DNA of 64,000 bases from a bacterium (GTDB taxonomy: Bacteria; UBA10199; 2-02-FULL-44-16; JAAZCA01). Every line of letters starts with the position of its first letter. Position 1 is the stretch's first letter. The notes beneath the pieces are model-generated. The model had not been told where the DNA came from and made no database searches. It was given only the letters and a program-made list of their open reading frames with translations. This document shows, in pieces, positions 56,267 to 64,000 of the stretch. The translations under genes and the position numbers were made by a program. The DNA is taken from contig CAXXGI010000002.1 of the NCBI GenBank assembly GCA_963674695.2, positions 128,001-192,000 of the forward strand, in the 5' to 3' direction.

Positions 56267-57159
56267 TTACTTCCTCTTTTTTGACGCCTTCTCGATCTGT
56301 TCTCTTTCAAATTCTATCTGCCTTCGCAGTCGATCAACAAATCGGCGGCGAAGTCGTGTGGGCATATCGAGTGAACTGGAGGCAAGGTAGGAGCATCCAT
56401 TGTAGTCGAAGAAGAAGATGTCTTCGTCTACATGGAATGAGGGAATAAAAAATCGAGGTTACCTACCATGTCCAAGCGGTTCATCGTCCCACAATGAGGG
56501 CACTTGATCTCCATCATCGTATCCAAGACGCATTCTGCGTTTTTCACCGCACGCCTGATATCGACGATCCACTTCGATTTTAGCTGGTCGATATTGACCG
56601 GCAGTTTGCCGGTTTCAGTTTCTTCCCACATCCGCATGCACCGAAGTTTTGTGTTAATGTCGGGGATCGTCTCTTTTGCTATCTTGGCCTCAGTCTCTCC
56701 GGTGGAAATCTCAAAGTGTATAATCCCCGGGCCAACGCTGACTTCGAATTCACGCTGGTCTCCCTTTGGGTAGGGCTTCATAGTCTCGATGGAATCATCG
56801 ATATTGATCTCATGTTCGGACTTTACGCCGCAGTTTGAACAGGCGTGTTTGTGTTCGATGATGGACCCGTGAGTCAGTTTTCGGATATGAAGAAGGATCG
56901 CCGTCCGATCGCCGGTCAGCATCTTCTTCAATTCTTTGGACGGGGGCTGCCCGCCCTTGCCATCTACCCCCTCGGTGCACGACGCCAGAAAGTCGTTGAT
57001 GACATCGAAGTTTTTGTCGTTCTCTAAGCGCGAGAGAAGGCGCTCTTCACGTCCGGTGCTTTCGAGGACTGTGATCTTTCGTCCAGAGGGGAGCGTGACT
57101 TCCACGCTCTCACGATCGATCACCTTTGAAAACGCACTGCTTGTTTTTTCGTTTGGCAT
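56267..57159 (-). CDS. Tail assembly chaperone (56428-57159) with -1 frameshift extension to 56267
   Basis: VTLPSG, two CxxC; slippery T TTT TTA at 56446-56452; -1 frame open to TAA abutting tape measure ATG. Confidence 0.8.
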
Positions 57160-57177
57160 AGATTCACCCCTTTATGT

Positions 57178-57642
57178 TTATGAAGTGCGGACAACATAGT
57201 CGCACGATAAGACGACACGTTCGATAAGGTCGTCACTCGAAACCTTGTCCAGTTCATCCTTTTCAATTTCCTTCGGCCAGCATCCAACCACCTGCCACTT
57301 TTCCAAGATGGTCTCGAGGTCTGGGGCCTGCAGAATGATGTAGCCGTTTCGCTTATATTCTGACGGAATCCCCATCGTGCCGGTTTCTGGATTGCTGACC
57401 TGTTTGAGCCAGTCGTAGGCCCAGTTCTCGTTCTTATCCATGAACATGAGCTTGTTGAGCTCGATATCCGCGACCTTGACCTTGCTGCCGGTCTTGATCA
57501 GGATGTTGGAGGATCCGTGTTCGGTTGCATCGACTGATACGACAGGAATTTTGACCCGCTGAACGAGGGCGGGCTCCAACCCCTCAAACTCAACAGTCCA
57601 CGGAAACTTCTTTCTGGGATTTACAGGCGTTGCTAATGGCAT
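57178..57642 (-). CDS. Tail tube protein (T4 gp19-like)
   Basis: NPRKKFPW.VEF, YKRNGYI, W...GCWPKE. Confidence 0.9.
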   Translation of the reverse strand: MPLATPVNPRKKFPWTVEFEGLEPALVQRVKIPVVSVDATEHGSSNILIKTGSKVKVADIELNKLMFMDKNENWAYDWLKQVSNPETGTMGIPSEYKRNGYIILQAPDLETILEKWQVVGCWPKEIEKDELDKVSSDDLIERVVLSCDYVVRTS

Positions 57643-57728
57643 GGCACACCTCCTTTACAGGGATATATGTTCTTGAAGAAAACTAAGCTGCGTGATACAG
57701 TTGAAAAAAGACACAGGAGGCAATATTT

Positions 57729-58475
57729 ATGAATTATTACGAGGAGTTAGCCAATGCTACAGTGAAAGTTGAATATAAGAATAGTTGTGGTTCCGGCTTC
57801 TTTTTTTTACAGCCGGGTATAGTTGTAACGAATCATCACGTTGTGGAAGAAGCACTTTTAACAAATGATTCAGTTATAGCAATTACTCAAGATGCAAAAA
57901 GACATCAGACTGAAATATTATCATATTCCGATAAGTCCGAACATGATTATGCAGTGTTACGGATCAAAACAGATAATGTAAATTATCCCATCCTCAAACC
58001 TAGAGATGATAGTAGAATTGTACTGGGTGAGGAAATTTTATTTTCAGGCTATCCTCATGGAATTAGTCATTTACTCATTCATAGAGCAAATATATCTTGC
58101 GTTATTAATCAAACGACTTTTTATGTTGATGGTTCTGTAAACGGTGGAAACTCCGGGGGACCTATTATTGATGTAAGCAGTGGGGATGTTGTCGGAATAA
58201 TCACTCAACGACGTTTTCTTGGTGGCTCCGAACTTTCCCAGCTAGGCAAAGAGGCAGAGGATTTATACAACTATTGTCAGGGATTACTGGTAAGCGGGAG
58301 TAGTGCGCAAATAATGGGAATCGATTTTGGTGGTTTATTATCATTAATATCTCGATCTTTATTGCTCAACAAAAAAATTCTCGTAGCCAACGCCAATACA
58401 GGAATTGGAATTGGCTACTCAATTGAACAAGCGACACAAGCAATAGAAAAATTAAACATTACCTCTACAACCTAA
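57729..58475 (+). CDS. Trypsin-like serine protease (moron)
   Basis: GSGFF, TNHHV, DYAVL, GYPHG, GNSGGP; AT-rich; SD AGGAGG; opposite strand. Confidence 0.9.
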   Translation: MNYYEELANATVKVEYKNSCGSGFFFLQPGIVVTNHHVVEEALLTNDSVIAITQDAKRHQTEILSYSDKSEHDYAVLRIKTDNVNYPILKPRDDSRIVLGEEILFSGYPHGISHLLIHRANISCVINQTTFYVDGSVNGGNSGGPIIDVSSGDVVGIITQRRFLGGSELSQLGKEAEDLYNYCQGLLVSGSSAQIMGIDFGGLLSLISRSLLLNKKILVANANTGIGIGYSIEQATQAIEKLNITSTT

Positions 58476-60651
58476 TATCCAGCAACTCCTTAAAATTGGC
58501 GTTGGATTTCGTTATAACTGCTTCGAGGCCGAAATACTTTAAGGTACGTGTTGGCTTGAAAAATAGGCGGCAGACGAACTCTCCTCGGTCAATCCTCTCC
58601 GGTGTATTCAAGATGGCATCCGCGATGCTTTTGGCATCCTGATCGCACTGGATCAGGTACTCATAAAAGGCCCTCCGGTTAAGGAGGTCGGCCATCCATG
58701 GATCGATCAGATTGAAGACGCGCCTCCATGTGATTGGGTCATTCGGTTCAAATAGAAATATCCGGTTTACCTTCATGAGGGCCTTTCGCATAAAGATAAG
58801 TAGGCGTCGTATATGAAGGGATTGAAGGGCGCTTGGCGTCCTCTGTAATGTCTGTTCTCCCCAGATGACCGTTCCATCATCCGAGAAATCAACTATGGGA
58901 TTGATCTGATTATTTACGAGGTCATCCATCTCGCTCGACCTGCCCGGAGTTCCAACATTATAGTGCACTCCCAGAGTGTTCGGAATCCGCGCCCTCTGAA
59001 GGCCGGCAGGCGCAAACCAGACCTCGGCCTTGGCATCGCTGAATGCATGGACGCCAAAGACGTCACCCATGTTGCCAATATCGGTCACTTGATTGACCTT
59101 GGGATTTCTGATCTTTGGCCTTCCAAAATAGATTGCACCATAGCTTGTGTTGAAGGCCGGGTGTGCCCATTCTCCCTGACCGAGCCTGAAGTCGATGGCG
59201 TCTTGTGCTGAACTTACGCTTGCGGGCGGTTCAACATAATAAACCATGTCTTCCCTCTTTGCGCAGTAGGCAAGACCCGCCGCGACCACCGCCGGGGAAG
59301 AGCTCTCAAGAGTTGCCACTCCCATGGCGTCATCGATGTCGTCGAAGGCATAAAGACCCGTTCTCGTGGCAGGGTCTCCGATCCAATCATCATCGTCGAT
59401 ATTCTGTATGCCGTCTTCACCACCGGCAAGGTTGACAGGGCCGATCGGTGCTGGATTATCAACTGTTACGGGATCGGTTGAGAATGTGATCGAACCGGTG
59501 GCGGCGACCGCATCCTCTCCACCTTCAAGTGTTGGACCCGATAACACCAAGCCATCAAGGCTGTTCTGTTCCATCGCAATCGCATTTCCGGCGATCCCCG
59601 GCGTTGCCGCTGTAACGGTGATCGTAATACCGTCTTCCGCAGCAATCACACTCTCGAGGGCATCAATGAGTGCTGTAAGTTCACCTATATTTGTGAATTC
59701 GCTTGGACCGGGACCAGCCGCCACACAGGTGAACAGATTTTCGTCAATCGTTACGGTATCTCCCTCAATCGGAGCCCCGTATGTAATTGTTCCTTCGGCA
59801 GCGACTGCATCTTCACCGCCCACAAGTGTTGCCCCTGATACCGTGATATTATCGCCTGCGGAATCTGCCGAAAGCGCGATAGCATTTCCGGCAAGCCCTG
59901 GTTCCTTGGCAGTCAAATCGATAACATTATTATTTTGAACGGCATCCACTGATGCGGAGGTCGCATTTATTGCATCAGCAAGTGACTGAACCATCACGGG
60001 GATATTGTCGATGTGAACTGTCCAATCATCACCGGCATCAAACACATCGGCACCAACCGTGAGAGAGTCGTCCTCAAATGGATTGCCGGCCTCGAGATCT
60101 TCCACCTGAATAAGGTTTGATTTATCGTTTATGACCTTGACCGCATAAAATTCGTCATCGGTCTCGTCCATTGTGAGATATTCGTAATGTTCGCTCAGTG
60201 AGGACTGTTCCGGATATTCAATCGATATATCAAAGCGGTTGTCATCGACGCTGTTTTGAGTAACGGTTATGAGCAAAGTATTGCCCCATGTCCCTTCATC
60301 TGTCGCCTCGACCTTTAATGTATCACGATCCTCGGTATCTTTGAGCGTATATGATGCCTTCACTGCAGCAATCGTGGTGATATCTGACGGGTTTGTGTAA
60401 TGAACGGCCCTGTTGATATAGAGAACTGCGCCGCGATCAAATGCCCGCTGAACAAGCAGGTCTGAATCAGAACTGTCGATAGGCAGGCCATAAACTTCCC
60501 TGAATTGCTTGAGCGATCCGATAAGTCTCGGTTTATTTACTGGCCCGCGTCTGGCTGTGAGTTGGACGCAGTTTCTCCCTTCGGTGACGGCCTGTATGAA
60601 AAAACTTAAATCACGTTCAGTGAATGTAACCTTGGCTGCTCCTTGTCCCAT
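58465..60651 (-). CDS. Contractile tail sheath with inserted repeated domains
   Basis: RGPVNKP, GTWGN, WFAPAGLQR, INPIV, IRRLL, FEPND. Confidence 0.93.
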   Translation of the reverse strand: MGQGAAKVTFTERDLSFFIQAVTEGRNCVQLTARRGPVNKPRLIGSLKQFREVYGLPIDSSDSDLLVQRAFDRGAVLYINRAVHYTNPSDITTIAAVKASYTLKDTEDRDTLKVEATDEGTWGNTLLITVTQNSVDDNRFDISIEYPEQSSLSEHYEYLTMDETDDEFYAVKVINDKSNLIQVEDLEAGNPFEDDSLTVGADVFDAGDDWTVHIDNIPVMVQSLADAINATSASVDAVQNNNVIDLTAKEPGLAGNAIALSADSAGDNITVSGATLVGGEDAVAAEGTITYGAPIEGDTVTIDENLFTCVAAGPGPSEFTNIGELTALIDALESVIAAEDGITITVTAATPGIAGNAIAMEQNSLDGLVLSGPTLEGGEDAVAATGSITFSTDPVTVDNPAPIGPVNLAGGEDGIQNIDDDDWIGDPATRTGLYAFDDIDDAMGVATLESSSPAVVAAGLAYCAKREDMVYYVEPPASVSSAQDAIDFRLGQGEWAHPAFNTSYGAIYFGRPKIRNPKVNQVTDIGNMGDVFGVHAFSDAKAEVWFAPAGLQRARIPNTLGVHYNVGTPGRSSEMDDLVNNQINPIVDFSDDGTVIWGEQTLQRTPSALQSLHIRRLLIFMRKALMKVNRIFLFEPNDPITWRRVFNLIDPWMADLLNRRAFYEYLIQCDQDAKSIADAILNTPERIDRGEFVCRLFFKPTRTLKYFGLEAVITKSNANFKELLDIRL

Positions 60652-60671
60652 GGTAGTCCTCCTTCAAACCC

Positions 60672-60914
60672 TTATAATTTCTTGAGGGCGATATAGCCTT
60701 TCTTTTCAAGTTTTCGCATTGCCGGTGTAATGGCTGACGCCGTAATGACCGGCGGCACTTGCCCACGACGTCTCTTTTGCAGGCGCAGGTTCAAAAACGC
60801 TGTCTCACCATTCTCTTTATAGTAAGGCACCGGGAACATCTTCTGCGCCATATTGATAATCTGAAATCGTGCTGGTGACGGCGTCAGTATATTTTCTCTC
60901 TTTTTCTTTGGCAT
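60672..60914 (-). CDS. Small phage hypothetical protein
   Basis: SD AGGAGG; co-oriented. Confidence 0.65.
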   Translation of the reverse strand: MPKKKRENILTPSPARFQIINMAQKMFPVPYYKENGETAFLNLRLQKRRRGQVPPVITASAITPAMRKLEKKGYIALKKL

Positions 60915-60924
60915 AACAATCCTC

Positions 60925-61542
60925 CTAAAGATCGGGCGTAAGACTTACCTCTTCGATCCGTTTAGTCTTTGCATACAGTTCGATAATCGGCACAGTGATG
61001 ATCTTTCGCATGGTTGTAAGCAGATGACTCGGTACCCATACCTCGATCTTGTATCGATACACTTTTTCCCGAATGTTCTCTGTCAGGTCATCCAAATCCT
61101 GAACTCCTAAGAGTTCGATCGGAAAATCGAACACATCACCATTTATAGGTAGACCCAAGACGCCACGTTCAGGAAATGTGGCAAGGATGGCCAAATCCAT
61201 GGCGATTGAAGTCTGGCTGTCGTGGCACCACGTGTCTATTTCATAAAAGAGATCAACAGGAAGCGGATGGCTGACACTAAACTCCGAGGGAACTGTAAAC
61301 TCCTCGCCATCGTAGATATAACTACCTTCCGCAGTGGCTTTATAGACCTGATGAATCGTTCTTCTTCGATCGATCTCATATCCACCGAATGAGATATGCA
61401 TTGCAACCTTGGGAAGGGTCGGACGGGTTTTACCGTCGTCAAAGCCCAAGAACGCAAGACCCGGAACGCTACCAATCCCAGCCATCTTGTCGTACATGGC
61501 CGCGTGCAAATGCGCTATGTTATCCAATATTCCTGCCGACAT
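60925..61542 (-). CDS. Tail terminator/cap-like protein
   Basis: PLPVDLFYEIDTW; position before sheath. Confidence 0.65.
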   Translation of the reverse strand: MSAGILDNIAHLHAAMYDKMAGIGSVPGLAFLGFDDGKTRPTLPKVAMHISFGGYEIDRRRTIHQVYKATAEGSYIYDGEEFTVPSEFSVSHPLPVDLFYEIDTWCHDSQTSIAMDLAILATFPERGVLGLPINGDVFDFPIELLGVQDLDDLTENIREKVYRYKIEVWVPSHLLTTMRKIITVPIIELYAKTKRIEEVSLTPDL

Positions 61543-62026
61543 GGTTTGTGACCTCTTTCAATGCTATTCTGTACCGTTTAGCGATCTCCGGTTTTACTTC
61601 TTTAAGTGTTGGCCGGAAGAGCGGCCGCGCATCTATATGACGCGCTGAACTGCCATACTCGTGGATCGCTGCAATAAGCACCGGCTTTTCTCCATCCTTT
61701 CGCTTACCTGTTCTTAAAACTCCCACAAACGCGGACATCTTGTCTGGTGCTTCCTGCGTTGTAATCGACTGCATCATCTGTGAAGTGGAGATCAGTGTAG
61801 CCGTACTAAGTCCTTTTTTGCGCTTCCACTCACGGTATTTATCGTTCAGTTTCTTCCACCCCAAATCCTGCTTTTGCAGATGTTTTACGAGACCTCGTTT
61901 TGTCACTTCAGCACTTTGCAATGTTGCGAGTTTCAGACGTGACAAAAGGGCAATTTTCAATCTCAGTAGATTGCCTTCGTATTCTCTCCATGGTCCGGTC
62001 AGTTGATTCATAAAGCCTTTGCCCAC
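61520..62026 (-). CDS. Tail completion / virion morphogenesis protein
   Basis: LISTSQMMQSIT, IAAIHEYGS..IDARPLFRP. Confidence 0.8.
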   Translation of the reverse strand: MGKGFMNQLTGPWREYEGNLLRLKIALLSRLKLATLQSAEVTKRGLVKHLQKQDLGWKKLNDKYREWKRKKGLSTATLISTSQMMQSITTQEAPDKMSAFVGVLRTGKRKDGEKPVLIAAIHEYGSSARHIDARPLFRPTLKEVKPEIAKRYRIALKEVTNHVGRNIG

Positions 62027-62439
62027 TTTCGTTTAATAAGCAGATAAACAAATGAGGGTTTCTTGCTCATCTGCGCTATGCCATCGAATGAGATGATTTC
62101 GTATTCTTCACCTTCCATAACGATGATGTCGTTGTGATCCAGCAGAACCTTCATATCTCCATCGACGAGTCCCACGTCTTCAAAATCCTGCCAATGAATA
62201 AAGAGACGGATTTCATGCGCGGCATCTGGCCCCAAATCGTTACGATACCGGTCTGTCGCGCTTTGTGACACGAACTCCCGAATCGCGTTGAATTGAAATT
62301 CTTCGCCATTGGCGTCCGTCCTAAATGCACCTTGGTCGTAGTTTGTCCGCCGGATCGTTACAGGAAACGAAAACGTCTCACTGAGATCGTGAAATACGTC
62401 CCTGATTTGTTTGACCTGTTCTGGCGCAAGTAAATCCAT
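62008..62439 (-). CDS. Head closure-like protein
   Basis: Position; D.I..EGEEYEII motif. Confidence 0.55.
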   Translation of the reverse strand: MDLLAPEQVKQIRDVFHDLSETFSFPVTIRRTNYDQGAFRTDANGEEFQFNAIREFVSQSATDRYRNDLGPDAAHEIRLFIHWQDFEDVGLVDGDMKVLLDHNDIIVMEGEEYEIISFDGIAQMSKKPSFVYLLIKRKWAKAL

Positions 62440-62949
62440 TTATACCCCAAACGTTAGGCTCCCTGATGCGCAGGGAGAATCTTTGCATTTGTCATCCGCC
62501 GGGTCCTTGCATGCCCTGACTTTTTTAAGTAGCGCCGGCGGTCCATCGGATGAAGCAAATCCCAGTTGTCCCTCGAGCCCTTTGAGTTTCTCCGCCAACT
62601 CCTCGATCAAAGTCTTGAGCCACGCGAGTTTGTCCTGACGGAACTTTGCGTTGGCAGGACCGGCCTGTGCATCGATGACGTCTTCTTTGTAATAGGAGAT
62701 GGCGGAGTTGATGAGTTCAACGGCCGCCGCTGTTGCGATCAGTTCCGATTGCAGGATGGTTAAACCAGAATGATCATGATAGGTATCTTCCGATCCGTCG
62801 CCTTCGTAATAACCATAAAGACTTGCTGCATATTGCAGTGCCGCGTTTTTATTTTCGTCTTTAAGGGCATCATCGCCTTCTCCCAAGATATCCTTTGTGC
62901 GGAGAAGGATACGATTCAGCCTGTGTATGGTTCCAAAGGCGAGTGCCAT
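62440..62949 (-). CDS. Head-tail adaptor-like protein
   Basis: Position and size after capsid. Confidence 0.5.
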   Translation of the reverse strand: MALAFGTIHRLNRILLRTKDILGEGDDALKDENKNAALQYAASLYGYYEGDGSEDTYHDHSGLTILQSELIATAAAVELINSAISYYKEDVIDAQAGPANAKFRQDKLAWLKTLIEELAEKLKGLEGQLGFASSDGPPALLKKVRACKDPADDKCKDSPCASGSLTFGV

Positions 62950-62961
62950 CGAATGCCTCCA

Positions 62962-63417
62962 TTATTTTTTGTCCGGTTTTCGGGGTTTGCGGGCAGGCTT
63001 CGCGGCTTCTTCTTTTTCCTTTGGCTGTTCCTCTTCAGGCTCTGGCTTATTTGGCTGAGTCTCCTTTGGTTTGTCTTCGATTTTTGTCTCCGATTCCTTT
63101 TTAGGTTCCGCGTTGGGTGTTTCCGCAGTGGTTTTATGTGCTGACTCTTTTTCTATTTTATTCTTTGGTTCAGCAGTAGATATCTCAGCATCTTTTACAG
63201 ATATTTTCTCTTCAACCTTCGGCTCTGCCTCCTGTTGTTTGAGATACAGCGCTTTGTCGACGATCTTTATTCCGCCTCTCCTGACCCATCTCTGCATAGT
63301 TCGCGTCAATTTCTTTGGATGCTCTACGATCTTTCCCCTCGGAATCTTGAACTTCGTCTTAGGGTCGATATATGTCATCTCGGTATTGCGGCATCTTATA
63401 TAAATTTTCTCTTCCAT
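62962..63417 (-). CDS. Hypothetical protein with E/K/P-rich tail
   Basis: Follows capsid; low-complexity C-terminus. Confidence 0.65.
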   Translation of the reverse strand: MEEKIYIRCRNTEMTYIDPKTKFKIPRGKIVEHPKKLTRTMQRWVRRGGIKIVDKALYLKQQEAEPKVEEKISVKDAEISTAEPKNKIEKESAHKTTAETPNAEPKKESETKIEDKPKETQPNKPEPEEEQPKEKEEAAKPARKPRKPDKK

Positions 63418-63432
63418 TTTATCCTCCAGAGA

Positions 63433-63999
63433 TTAAATTGACGGTTCCATCCAGATCGGGAAGTCGTTGAAGGCAACATCCAGCGAATCGTCGATGATCA
63501 CCCGGGCATCACGGAAAAGGACGGCAAATCCAGTTGTGATGGAGCTATAGGCCTCCTGAATCTGCTTGCTGATGATCTTGTCGCCCTCGACATTTAAAGG
63601 CGATGATGTCAACTGAACCATGGCAAATCTCGGATCCAAGACAATGAACTGGTGCTCATCGAGTTGGCCGCTGACAAAGACTTGGCTCTGATTGGGGAGC
63701 GATTCATTTATAATGAGAGACGAGAAGGCTGTACCCGACTGCTTATTCTTGAACTCTGGAAGATTAAGTAATAGATTTGCGCCTCTCTCACTTGTGACAA
63801 TGCTATCGTAGCGCCGCCCAAGCCTGCTGGCCCGTATCCATGCATAGACCAAATCTCTAAATGTAAGATTGTCGGCGATATTGACGACACCGATTGTAGC
63901 AGAGGCCTCGCTTCCATCTTCCTGATCGCCATTGACCAACACTTCCACGGCGGCGTTATTTAGCTTATGCCCCAGTTTCACGCCGACATCCTGCAAAAA
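63433..63999 (-). CDS. Major capsid protein, HK97 fold (C-terminal part)
   Basis: DVGVKLG...LVNGDQ.DGSE, LNVEGDKIISKQ...SITTGFAVLFRDARVIID. Confidence 0.8.
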   Translation of the reverse strand, partial: FLQDVGVKLGHKLNNAAVEVLVNGDQEDGSEASATIGVVNIADNLTFRDLVYAWIRASRLGRRYDSIVTSERGANLLLNLPEFKNKQSGTAFSSLIINESLPNQSQVFVSGQLDEHQFIVLDPRFAMVQLTSSPLNVEGDKIISKQIQEAYSSITTGFAVLFRDARVIIDDSLDVAFNDFPIWMEPSI

Positions 64000-64000
64000 T

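Larger units (their letters stand above)
40072..64000 (-). mobile_element. Myovirus-type prophage or phage-derived element (extends beyond window)
   Basis: Co-oriented capsid, neck, sheath/tube, tape measure, baseplate, fibre, lysis and terminase genes. Confidence 0.85.

Noticed and set aside
44414-62026. Stand-alone tailocin or eCIS
   Set aside because: Capsid, neck and terminase genes are present, and no eCIS AAA ATPase is seen

Overview
Bacterial window with three blocks. (1) 1-22.8 kb is a sigma-54-controlled gas vesicle locus. It starts with the end of an enhancer-binding activator, a FlhG/FleN-type ATPase and ParA, then carries three tandem gvpA, gvpC, gvpN, gvpV, five gvpF/L, gvpG, gvpO, gvpK and two gvpJ. 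These are interleaved with a chaperone set: Hsp20, Cdc48, a tandem Get3/ArsA ATPase, Hsp70, a J-domain fused to GvpF/L and a stand-alone DnaJ zinc finger. The block ends in a translationally coupled alaC. Five gene junctions carry period-7 inverted-repeat elements, and a decayed copy appears to form the linker inside the Get3/ArsA protein. (2) 23.0-40.1 kb is a defence-like island: XRE, SNF2-DUF3883 helicase, DUF1156 methyltransferase, an inserted nuclease-like gene, DUF499 ATPase and a 797-aa putative nuclease, then SIR2, Cas4-like and GIY-YIG genes divergent from an XRE + ImmA/IrrE pair. (3) 40.1-64 kb (minus strand) is a myovirus-type element: capsid, neck, contractile tail with a -1 frameshift chaperone, lysis genes, small regulators, and a terminase placed last. 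It carries an antisense trypsin-like moron. No integrase, tRNA, rRNA or CRISPR array was seen. All family assignments come from motif recognition by eye, not database searches.
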